From the NCBI GenBank assembly GCA_001949185.1, contig BDGG01000005.1, forward strand, positions 558,001 through 622,000: a DNA stretch of 64,000 bases, read 5' to 3'. This document shows, in pieces, positions 52,455 to 63,501 of this stretch (position 1 is its first letter; each line of letters begins with the position of its first letter). The stretch comes from Ramazzottius varieornatus. Taxonomy: Eukaryota; Animalia; Tardigrada. The notes under the pieces were generated by a model. The model was given only the letters and a program-made list of their open reading frames with translations. It did no database searches and was not told the DNA's origin. A program made the position numbers and the translations under genes.

Positions 52455-53680
52455 GGATACGGAATAACGGTGTAATTGATACATATAGACGGATAACTGG
52501 CTTGATTTAGGCAGGTCAATTCGGCGCGATCAGCCACAGGTGCAAAATGGTCACTTTCTGACGATATTTATGCACGTAGGCTGAAATGCGCGGACCGCGC
52601 ATTGTGATCCGATAATCGAGAAGCACCCAGTGACAAAGGCGGATTTCGTACAGGTGGTGTTCTGGGACATTGAACCACATCCATTTGATATTCATCAATC
52701 CCCTCTCAGAATAAGACCCAGATTTCTCGATTATTCTGAAGGATGAATACGGCGGTAATAGCTTTGAAATTTCACAATTTCGGACCAGCAAGCGGACGAC
52801 TCTATAGCACGTCATAAATTGCTGATGTGTCCCTTGACTTTAGCCATAGTACCAGGTTGTTTTCATGGCAATGTGAACTCGAGAGCAAAGATCACTGCGT
52901 TGTTATAGTATCATCTAACTGTTTGCACAGTATCGTAATGGTTATGCCCAAGTTGGGCCAAGTGCGTTGCCGGTCCAAAGGGCTGAAATTAATAATTAAG
53001 CGGCCAGACTGTCGACGCACCCGACAGAAAAGCATATTGCTAACTGAAAGAGCAACGAGAAAAGGAGAGCAATAGTATCGGCTTACAAAACAATGTGTGT
53101 TTCAGTCAAAATGTGAAGTTATCGTCCAACAGATGGATAATCTGCGCCGAGTAGAGTTGATGTGAGCTCGTGGGATCATCTCAGGTATCAGGCATTTAAT
53201 GGGAGTCAATTATCTCGAACTTATGGTCTCGGGGAACCCAACGCTCTCCTGGACTTTCGCAACCCTCTTTGGGTCCCTGAAGTAATCAGAAACTCAGAGT
53301 CTTCTAGATCCATTTTTTTTCGGACTTTCCAGGACGAAAATGAATTCGCCGAATCATACACAATACTGCCAAACACTGCGGGTATCGGAAGAGAAACGAT
53401 ATGTTGATTCCGAGGCAGTGATCACAATGGTAGCAGCACGACATTGTCGCATTGCTATTCAGAGCGAAGTGTCGATGTGTTTGAGGGGGATACGTTTGAC
53501 ATTTGGTGTGGGTCGTTAATTATTCAATACGCATATAAGTCTAATGATTACACTTGTAGCGCCCATTAACAAAAAGCCCAACAGTCTGTTGATCAAATTA
53601 ACACTTTGTTATCCTCTTCGTCAATGTATCTCCGGGGAATATTCCGTAGATTGACATGTACTCATCCCGAGGCACCCCAG
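52455..53680 (+). pseudogene. Decayed duplicate segment, copy B
   Basis: Same blocks as copy A. The + frame reads DTFDIWCGSLIIQYAYKSNDYTCSAH*...MYLRGIF, with a different internal stop. Confidence 0.5.
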
Positions 53681-54403
53681 GTTGAATATCTCGCTTACGA
53701 AGTGACTGCCACGCAATACAAGGAGCCTACGCCTTTTTGATTCTTTAAAATGTGGTCAAAAATTGGGAATCATAACAATGACTTTTAAGTGACACAAACG
53801 TTCGCATACAATAGCGAGAGTAAAAGTTAGTTTCGCAGGTACCCGCACTTCCGAGCGTTCAGAAAACCGATCTTCCGGCTTGTCGAGGTCCTATGGTTCG
53901 AGATCCTCATTGCCAAGTTTAACTGCCCGCGTCTTCAAACAAAACAACGTGAGCGGGTCAGTGGGGTTCTCTCCAGTGTTTTGTACCGGTGCCGGGTGCC
54001 CAAAGGCCAGGACGAATTCGCCGGGCATGCTGAAGGGTCTGGAGGGCGCAGCGTCTGCCCTCCGCAATCAAACTCAAACGGCAATCAACCGCAGGACTAC
54101 TATTGGAGAATGACATCATAGTCTGACGGCAGTTACAGTAGGCCGTGAGCACGGTCGTCCTTCGTAAATCGTAATCAAACCATTTTCCTATTTCCGAAAG
54201 AATTCTTCCTCTTATTCCGGCTTCGCAGTTTCTGCCGTACGAGTATTCGTTCCTGGACAGCTTGTGTCTTGATCTGCGTATTTTTTCCACAGCCCGCGAA
54301 GGAGACGGCTACTGCCTCGGAACTGGACAAACCGCCGTTGGATCATCAGTTGGCTGAGCTCGTGCGTTTGGTGATCCGTTGATAATCCGTTGACATCACA
54401 ACC

Positions 54404-57400
54404 ATGTCCGGTGCGAGCAACTCCGGGAAGGATCGACCAGCATCCCAAGAGAAGGACAAGCAAGACGCCTCGGAACTCCAAAAACGGATTGATGATCGTA
54501 AGTTCTTGATCCGTTGCGAGTAAGTGTGTAACCTAACTTATTCTGGTTGTGATGACAGTGTTGAAGCAGAAGGCAGCTCTGGAAAAGATGGACGATAAAG
54601 GCACAGCCCGATTTTCTGCTGCACAAAAGCTGAGGAATGACGCTGATCAGATCAAGCGCGATATGGGTAGGACAGTCTCTGGCATTTCTTCTGATATACG
54701 AGCCAGAATGCAGCAGCAGCTCGATGGGATGATAGATTCCGCCTTGGAGACCATCAACTCCATGAGAGGTGGACAGCAAGGCATACCTAGCACAAGACAG
54801 AACATTTCCCTGCTTCACAGTACTCCCATCGGTAACGGGTACGGAGTATCACCCTTCGGTAGACGAACAGCGAATGTCAGAGATGTTGCGGGAGAATCGC
54901 AAGAGAATGCTATGCAGGTAAGATACGGTGGTCCTTTCGTTGATGACAGCTTCCTTCTTCGGACTACATTGTGTAAATTGTAGGAGCTGCTACGAGCGAT
55001 GGGCGAAATTAAAGAGTTGCAGTTGAAGAAGGACGCCGACTTAAACTCGAAACTGGACAGATTCGATGCCAGACTGAGCGATCTGAACGGGCGTTTTGAT
55101 AGTCTCGAGAATAAGGTGGGAAGACAGCGAATGGAGAGTCCAGAGCCTGGTCGGAAGCAGCTACAGACCATGGGACAAGATGTCTCTCTCATCAAAGAGC
55201 AGCTGACATCCGTTCAAGGCCGATTCGACGGTATCAACAACCGCATCGACAACTTGCTGGTTCAGATGAATCAACGACCAACCTCTCCAGTGGCACCTCA
55301 AGTCATCCAGGTTCACCTGACTGGACAGATTCCCCAACAGATTGGAGGTAAGAAATCTTCAACAACTCGGTGAGCTCGTTTTTCCCAAGAGGCGCACGCT
55401 TTCAGCCAATAAACTGGGAGCCTGCGCTTCTTGGAAAAGAGTCTTGTCGAGCTTGTTTGCCGAGCTCATTAGACTGAAGAGGTGAAAGACATTTTGTTTT
55501 TCTCGTAGGTCCTTCTTCGCAGATGATGGAAGGCACCTCGTCCAAAGTTTCCAGTCATCCAGAGAAGGAAAAGGTTTGTGACGCCTATAATGCGAAGTGT
55601 TAAATAACGGCATTGTGATTCGCGTTATCTTCCAGGTTGTCCACCAGAAGGCTCCAGTTCCGATCAAGTCTGAACCTCAGGACCAGAAGAACACCACATC
55701 CCAAGTTGCGCCTTCCGCTACAGCTTCGTCGACTTCCACCAGCAGTAACCCGATGGTTGTGAACGTTCCCAAGACGCAGCAACGAGATAGTTCAGCCTTG
55801 GACCGGCTGATGAACACGGCACCTTGTTCGCCTTCCGTCGTCCCTGAGGTCAAGGGTACTGGAACGGTGAGCTGGGGTGCTTCTACTACGCATCCTTCTA
55901 AACCAACTCCATCACAAGCTGCTCGGCCTCAGTCGCCGTCTTCGTCCATGCCACCTCTACAAAGCAGCCAGCCTTCTTCTGTCCCGTCTTCTGCAACTGC
56001 CGACAAGCCTAGACTGTTCGAGCAATTTGCAGGTTTGTACTGAATACCCATTCCATCTTACTAATCAGACTGACTAGTCGAAACAGAAAACTGTCGGCGA
56101 ACAATGTCGACTGACTTTTCCTTAGTGGCGCACATGTTCAGTGTTACACGCTGGACACGCGCGGCACTTGGAGAAACGATCTTGTCAAGTTTGGTTGCCC
56201 AGATCTCAAACCTCAAAAACCTTTCGGTATAAGAATAAGGTCAGCTTCTCAGGTTTTGGGTGATGGTAGGTTATGGAATTATTGTTGCAGGTTTTGGAGC
56301 TCCTACGCAGTCTAGTCAGCAGTCCACACCGATGAAAGACCAGAAGCCGGGCGTCAGCTCCCTCTTTGGTGGCGCCGCAGCGTCGTCGGCGCCCTTCTCT
56401 TCGCTGTTCGGTGGTTTGCCGTCTAGCTCTATTGGTGGTAACACCAGTTTCGCCGCTCTGGCTTCGAGTGTCCCCAGTAGTGGGTTCAACAAGAGCGACA
56501 AGGCTTTCGCGGGTACTGGTGCGAAGCTCTTTGGATCGTCAACCACAAAGCCAGCCACTAAACCAGCCGAAGGTGACGATGAAGAAGGAGAAGTGGAGGA
56601 GAGTCCCGAAGGTTTTGTTCCTAACGTGGACTATCAGCCCATTGTCACCCTCCCCGAAGTGAAAGTGACGACTGGCGAAGAAGACTGGGACAACAAGTTC
56701 AGTGAGCGAGCCAAGCTGTTTAGGTTTGAGAAGTCCACACAGGAATGGAAGGAACGCGGGATTGGTGATATGGCTATTCAGCAGCAGAAAGGTAGACAAT
56801 CAATAGTAGAAAACAGAAGATGCGGAGCGTGGGCAGATGCTTTGAACCAGATCGTTTTCCCAAGTGGCGCACACTCTCAGCCAATAACAATGAAAACGTG
56901 CGCCACTCGAGATAACGATCTGGTTCGATTCATCTACCATCTCCCATGTAATTCCAGATCAAATTTGCTGAAAATAATTTTGATGATCGATGTGGATTTT
57001 CTGATGGCTGGGTTTTCGTTACAGGTGGAAAGCTTGTTTTCCGTATCCTGATGCGGTACGAAAAGACGCTGAAGATTTGTGCCAACCATCGCATTCATCC
57101 CAGCATGAACCTCCAGCCGTTTTCCGAGACCGATAAAAAGACAGTTCGATGGACCGCGCAAGACTTTGCCGACAACGAACCGAAGATGGAAATGCTGGCG
57201 GTCCGCTTCAAGACTCCAGAGATCGCTGAGAAGTTCAAGCAAATTTTCGATGACGCCAAGAAGCAGACCGAAGCTGGTGGCGACTCAGGTACTGTAAACG
57301 CCATCCAGTCGCCTAACCGAGATGAGAATTATGGGTCAACATCTGTGCGTTTTTCTTTGTAGGTGACAAGAAGCCACCTCCACCTCCCGAACCTACAAAA

Positions 57401-60242
57401 TCAGCCTCCGCCCCACTAAGTGACTTGTTCAAATCCGCTGCCGGTTCCTGGGACTGCCCAGGCTGCTATTGTAACAACCCTGGTGACAAGACAGTGTGTC
57501 CTGCTTGCAGCACACCGAAGCCTGACACTGCTGCTCCTGCCGCTTCTTCCGCACTGAAAAGTGGGCTGTTTGGAGGTGCCACCTTAAACCTCGGTAGCAC
57601 TTCAGCAACTGGTGGCTTCTCCTTCGGCGGCCAGCAGAAGCCAGCTGAAAGCAAACCACTGTTCGGAGGAGCTGGCACATCATCAGCATCGACGACGTCT
57701 ACTCCAGTGAAGACGGAGACGGGATTAACGAAAGCGTTTGCTGGATTCGGCCTGAATAAACCAGCGGCGACAAAGCCTGAAGGTGAGTTTATGGGAGAAT
57801 ATCGAAAATAAAATATAAAGTGGTGTCGAAGGAGAATAGAAAAAGTTATTCGAGTTTTCTGCTTCTATTAGTTGAAAGTCTTTTCAGGAAACATTCGAAT
57901 ATCTCACACAACGGTGAATCTTTTGCAGCTTCGTCTAGCGCTACTGGCGGATTCTCCTTCGGTCAACCAGCAGCCAGCGGGGGCTTCTCCTTCAACTTCG
58001 CTTCGCCAGTACCTTCTTCAGCCCCTAAACCAGCGCACAAAGACGACGAAGACGAGGACTCTGATAACGATCCAGAAGCTTACGAGCCTGGGGGTCAGTA
58101 CGCGCCTGTTGTAACACTGCCTGAGAACGTGCAGTTGTCGACGGGGGAGGAGAACGAAGTCTGCTTGTACTCTCAACGCGCCAAGCTGTACCGTTTCACA
58201 GAGAACGAATGGAAGGAACGCGGACTGGGTAACTTTGACAGTAATATAAAATCAAGATTTGGCTGGAATATTCTCGAATGCAGAACATTATATCGGTGTC
58301 TGGATGTCCGAAAATAGAATATAATGAACTCTCATTCACCTGCGTACGGCGTTCTGTGAGGTGGTTGTGGTGAAGGTGTATGCAGGTTTGCCACCAGCGC
58401 TGTATCACGTACCCGCATACATGCGTGTACGAGTTCAGCGTGGTGGCGGTGTATGTAGGTTCGGTACCGGCCGTATTTCATGACTTTCCTTTCTCTTAGG
58501 TGACCTGAGGATGCTGAAAGAGAAGAACGGGAACAAGATCCGTTTGGTGATGCGTCGTGAGAAGATCCTGAAACTGTGCCTTAACCACTACATTAAGGAA
58601 GGCATGAACCTGCGCCCGATGCCTAGCACGAAGAACGCCTGGATGTGGGACGCCCTGGACTTCAGCGAGATGACCACGCAGCACGAGACCTTCGCTGCCA
58701 AGTTCAAGCACGAAGCTCATGTGAAGGAGTTTAAGGAGCTCTTTGACCGCTGCAAGCAGATCTCCAGCAGCCAGGATTTCCAAAGCGTGGAAAAGTTCGA
58801 ACGTGTTGCGGTGGATGAGAACGAAGCCATGTTGCCGATTGCTGAAAGTGGGAAGAAAGCCATTCAAGCCATGTCAGTCAACAACCCATTCGGATCAGCC
58901 AACAAGAACGAAAGTCTTGTGCAGTCATCTGTCAAGATCGAGGAAGCGAGCGACACGGAAGACAGTAAGTAACGGTCACTGAAAGTATCGGAAGCGAATG
59001 GAGAAACTGTTTAGTATTTTGTTCGGAACATGCGAGATTACATCTGATCACAAACGACGAGAGCCGATGTGTGCTTTGTTCTTCTTAATACTAGAGTTTC
59101 TTGCTTTCTTTCATTTTTGCTTAGCTGTACACTCGCGCGTGTTTGTGATCGATGTGACTAGCAAGTTTCCGGATGATTGTTTGTCCACGGTATTCTCAGT
59201 AAAGTATCAAGCGTTAACTGATAATGTGGCGGAATGTTGTTGTTGTAGGCGTTGAAGCGGCAGGAAACCTTGACAAGTTAGGTGATGTAAAACTGCGACA
59301 CTTTAGTGTCATTCACAATGCGAAGGACCAGCCAGTGGCGATAGGCATCCCCGACAAAGGCTTCTACCTGTTGCGACAGCCGCAAGACATCCAGCTGGTA
59401 CTGGCAGCCGACAAGAAGTCTAAGGAAGAGGCGATCAGAGAAGTGGAGAAAATCACTCAGCTCATCGACGTCTCAGGTAAACGCACTTACACACACGTGT
59501 CCCTGGGACACTGTCCCATGTGGATGTGGGGAAATAATTTGAACCAGAGCGTTTCTCCAAGTAGCGCAAGTCTTCAGCCAATAACCGTGAAAACGTGCGC
59601 CAGTTTGAACGTCGATCTTGTTCAATTCAGTTGCCTACGTTCCATAAACATTATGCGGGGTCATCGAATTCTGTAACGAATGATCTTTTGGTTTTCTGTA
59701 GATCCAAGCATTCCGGAAGCGGTAAAGCGATACACTCGTGCGATGAGAGTGAAGGAGATCGGCGATGACGAATCGTGGCGAATGACGCTGTTCGAACGAC
59801 GGCTGGCAATGCAAAAGCAGTCTGGAACCGGAAGAGCACCTTCTGTGGTAAGCATCGGTTGTTTATGTTGAGAATTCCAGGGGAATTGAGTAAGTGTGAT
59901 TTTACGGATAGATTTAATTTTTAGACTCTGGGACCAGGAATCTTCCGTATCGCGCGCGACAACGATCCAGACTCGGCTTTCCTGATGCAGCTCTTCAACA
60001 ACGACCAGTCGACGGAACTGGCCGTGCAGAATATCGCTAGCGACGCGAACTTGGTGATCGATCGACAACGCATGACGGCTAAATGGACGGCGAACGACTA
60101 TGCTTTGAACGTGAACAACCCCGAACGAGTCATGTGCGAAATCAAGTTTAGCAATGCCGGAGCACTGGCAGACTTCGAGAAGGTGTTCCGAGATGGGATG
60201 CTTGTGGCGGAAGAGCTGGAAATTTCGCTGAGCACTCGGTAA
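54404..60242 (+). CDS. Nup358/RanBP2-like protein: coiled coil, FG repeats, RanBD1, one RanBP2-type zinc finger, RanBD2 and a degenerate third RanBD
   Basis: ATG 54404 with an upstream in-frame stop at 54383. RanBDs: PIVTLPEVKVTTGEED...RAKLFRF...EWKERGIG...KICANH, and TGEENE...RAKLYRF..EWKERGLG...KLCLNH. Zinc finger WDCPGCYCNNPGDKTVCPACSTPKP. FSFG/LFG repeats. The gene continues through in-phase exons 59249-59476, 59702-59847 and 59925-60242. Confidence 0.85.
55361..55467. mobile_element. Palindromic MITE-like element, copy 9 (Nup358-like intron)
   Basis: tttcccaagaggcgcac..tgcgcttcttggaaa..tttgccgagctc. Confidence 0.7.
56094..56204. mobile_element. Palindromic MITE-like element, copy 10 (Nup358-like intron)
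   Basis: tcggcgaac..agtggcgcac..gcggcacttggagaaacgatcttgt..gttgccc. Confidence 0.7.
56831..56938. mobile_element. Palindromic MITE-like element, copy 11 (Nup358-like intron)
   Basis: gggcagatg..gaaccagatcgttttcccaagtggcgcac..gtgcgccactcgagataacgatctggttc..catctacc. Confidence 0.8.
59524..59640. mobile_element. Palindromic MITE-like element, copy 12 (Nup358-like intron)
   Basis: gaaccagagcgtttctccaagtagcgca..gtgcgccagtt..gatcttgttc..gttgcc. The spacer cagccaataac is shared with copies 9 and 11. Confidence 0.75.
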
Positions 60243-60718
60243 ACCTGTTAACTGTGAACTTGTCTCTCTTGCGCGCTAACATGTCTCACTATAATGATTT
60301 TCCTTTCCTTAAAGTATGCTAAATGTTCATCTCACTTTTCAAATGTTGATTATTAGTCTAATGAGAATCTTTTTTAGTTTTAGTAATACCTGTGTATGTG
60401 TCTTCACAGCGCGATAATTTTTTCTGGGACCGAACTTCAGTAAATTGAAATATTGTATGGTACAAATGATCGTGTTCTTGAGGTTATAAATAAGTTGGGC
60501 GTTCGTATTAAGTCTGTAGTACGGAACAAGACTGAGCGCTGTGCGGTCCCACCGGTTCGTGGTATCAGATGGTACTCGCATCGTTGAGACTCCGCATCTG
60601 CTTGACAGGCGATGTATTAATAGAACGATTGGCTCGCTCTTAAAATATGCAGCTTAGAGCACGCTTTTGGAATTAGAGGAGACAGGATTTCAGATCTCAC
60701 AACAGGAAGACCTTCGAG

Positions 60719-62467
60719 ATGGACGGGGAACGAAGGAGGAAGCAACGTGTGGTCTATTGGGACGAACTTCCCGACGTAGGTTGCCTTCTGATTGCATCCA
60801 AAGATAAATTTCTCTGTTCTTTAGTGTCTTGTGAAGTGCGCATGATCGACTTTGATTTCGTAGTTGGTGGTCGAGAAGATCTTCTGTTACTTGCCGAAGC
60901 GTAGCAGGTTCAACGCCGCAGTAACATGCAAGTCCTGGTTGCGAGTGCTGAACTTCCCGGAGCTGTGGAAAACCTTCGTGCTGAAAGAGAAAACGCTTAC
61001 GCGTTCGAAGTACAACTACTTTCTGGGCAAGTTGCACGCTATATAAACCCTTAAGTGTTCCGAAATGTGAAGAATTACTCTGACTGATTCTGTGTACAGG
61101 GTACCAGGATGTTCTGGATCCTTTCATCACCCAGAGGTGTCTTCGTCGAATTGGGCGTCACTTCCGAAGAATACGAATCTCGCCAATATGCAGCTTTTCC
61201 AACGTATACGACTTTATGATCATATTGAACTCCTTCCTGACATATTTTGAGGACGACCAGATGCCGTTTCTCAGGGCTTTCGAATTTTATTTCGCATGTG
61301 AGCTACGAGACAAGTAAGCCTACCTTTTTCTTTTAAGCCTTATTTCCGTTGTTACCGTGTTTTTTGTTCAGGGAGGGAATACGAGTTTTCGGGACAGGAG
61401 GAAATATTCTAGGAACTCTGATTAAGCTGATGGGAAGTTTCCGACATTTGGAGGAGCTGAGACTGGAAAACCTTTTGCTAGATGGGTTCGACGCGGAACA
61501 CCTCTTGGATAACATCTACGAGAGCTGTGGCAGCTCCATAATGCGGCTCTCCATAATCAACTGCACAAAGTTCCACCATTTCTTCATGCACTGCGGACTG
61601 TTCCTCAACCTCCGGTACCTCACGGTTTCCCCGAACCACCTCCATTACGACCTGGTGTACTTGGTGAGCGAACTGCGCTACCTTCTCGAGTTCCACATAG
61701 TACAAACCAAGTTCACCACGAACGGACGCTTGCTCGATCACAACGACTGGAGACCCTTGAGAAATGGCCGTCGTTTCGTTAAGGTCTTCCTAGAAGCTGC
61801 AGGTACCGAGCTTACTATACTGACTAAGCAGCGACGAGATAAACGGTTTTTTTGCAGGAAAAACTAAAGACGAAATACTATGGCAGCAACACGCTCCTGT
61901 ATTCGCTGTTGCTTACTACACGCCCTATTCCCGTCTGAGCCTTCTGTCGGCCTTAGAGATAGTGAAGAACTACGGCGACTCCGTCTACGCCTACTGTCAA
62001 GTAAGAACCTTGTACAGGAATTTCGGCGCGAAGATCGAAAGGTGGTCGATGCTTTTCTTTCATAGTTTGGGCTTCCGCGATTCCCGTACAAGCGGTCTCG
62101 TCCGATGAATGAACGCTGTGACAGCTTGTTACTTCTTCTGGTACGGACCTGCATAAACCTTTCCCACATTGTGATACACGAACTCATCAGTATGGCTACT
62201 TTGCTCCTGATTGCTCATCAAACAAAGGGACGCCTAAGAACCATCTTCGTGAGAAAGAATGCTCTGCTGAAGAAACATGCTTGGCGGAACGGGGAAGACC
62301 AAGTCAAACTGACGGCTGACATGCAGGAGGTGCTCACGAATGCCTCGAATTACCAAAGTTTTGTGAAGGAAATGAATGTGCTGTTGGGATGTCCTTTGAA
62401 TAACTGGCGCCCGCTAACGGACAAGGAATTCAAAGAGCTCAGCTTCGATTCCCTAAACAAAAAGTAG
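60719..62467 (+). CDS. F-box protein with LRR-like C-terminal region (FBXO39/FBXO33-like)
   Basis: F-box WDELPD|LVVEKIFCYLPKRSRFNAAVTCKSWLRVLNFPELW, followed by LRR-like segments (HLEELRLENLLLD, LRLSIINCT, NLRYLTVSP, INLSHIVIHELIS). Stop TAG at 62465-62467. Confidence 0.85.
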
Positions 62468-63501
62468 GCGGAGTTAAGAGCCCGCTGTTGAAATTTGTAG
62501 TCGCATTCGCTGTATGCTTTCGGCCTGGATCAAAACGATCTTGAAAGTGTAGCAAAGCTTGTAGAAAGCTCTGTATGGAGCCGAAAACCCCATTCAAGAC
62601 ACGATTTCCTTCGTGTTGCGTCGGGGAAGAAATTTGATTCTCAGCAGCTTTTGTTGATACGGTCTCGGTTAGTAACTTCCGGGTCCGCGTGGATTTTCGT
62701 AATGCCAGTATCAAGACTCAAAGAGAACAGTGTCCACAGCTCGGACGTTTTGAAATTGATAAAAGACATACTAAGAAGTTTTGAAATTTCGGAAATTTCA
62801 AAAATGTAAGTAAAGAAGATTTCTGTGCTTCCTCGGTTAATATGGATGTTAGAGAGTCTCTGGGGATGTTCATGGGTCGACCTGTCCGACCGGAAGTTAG
62901 ATGGCGGCTACACGATTCGGCCAGCCCGAAAGGTTTAAGCGTTACAGCCTGCGCTACGTTGATTGTCCATCGTACGCCTGTTCAAGCGCGTTCAGGCTTT
63001 TTGGCATTGCCGGAACCCTTCGCTTCAAATTCAGTTTTACCTCTTTTAGGAATGTATCAGATAAAATTCCTATCCAGAAAGATCGAGAAACAACGATTCA
63101 GTTGAGTAGTTTACTCACAAACAACCGACCGGATCGTGGGGTGAAACCTGCCATAACCAAATCGTGTCGCTTACTTCGTAGTTCGTACGACGTACGTGTA
63201 GGCTTAACCAGAGAGTCAATCGATCGTATTTTACGTCATTAGATCGAATCCAACCACAACGGAACCTGGCGTGTGTTTGAACAGCGGCCTGTGACGTTCG
63301 CAGAGATCGTCGCAGTGGAGATGGGATGATGTGATCGCAAATTTTATCGCGAATTTTCCCACTTCCCGTGCGTTTCTCTCGAATCCCGATTCCCGAACTC
63401 TGTGTACGTCGTGGAAACTTGAGGAGAGCTGCCCACTCATCTGGAACGTTATCGTACTCGTTTGTTAGCATCTGCTTGATTCTCCGGATCTCGGATCGAC
63501 A

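Noticed and set aside
5381-59640. CRISPR-, REP- or attC-like interpretation of the recurring palindrome
   Set aside because: The context is eukaryotic and spliced, the copies are dispersed singly in introns rather than arrayed, and there are no cas or integrase genes.
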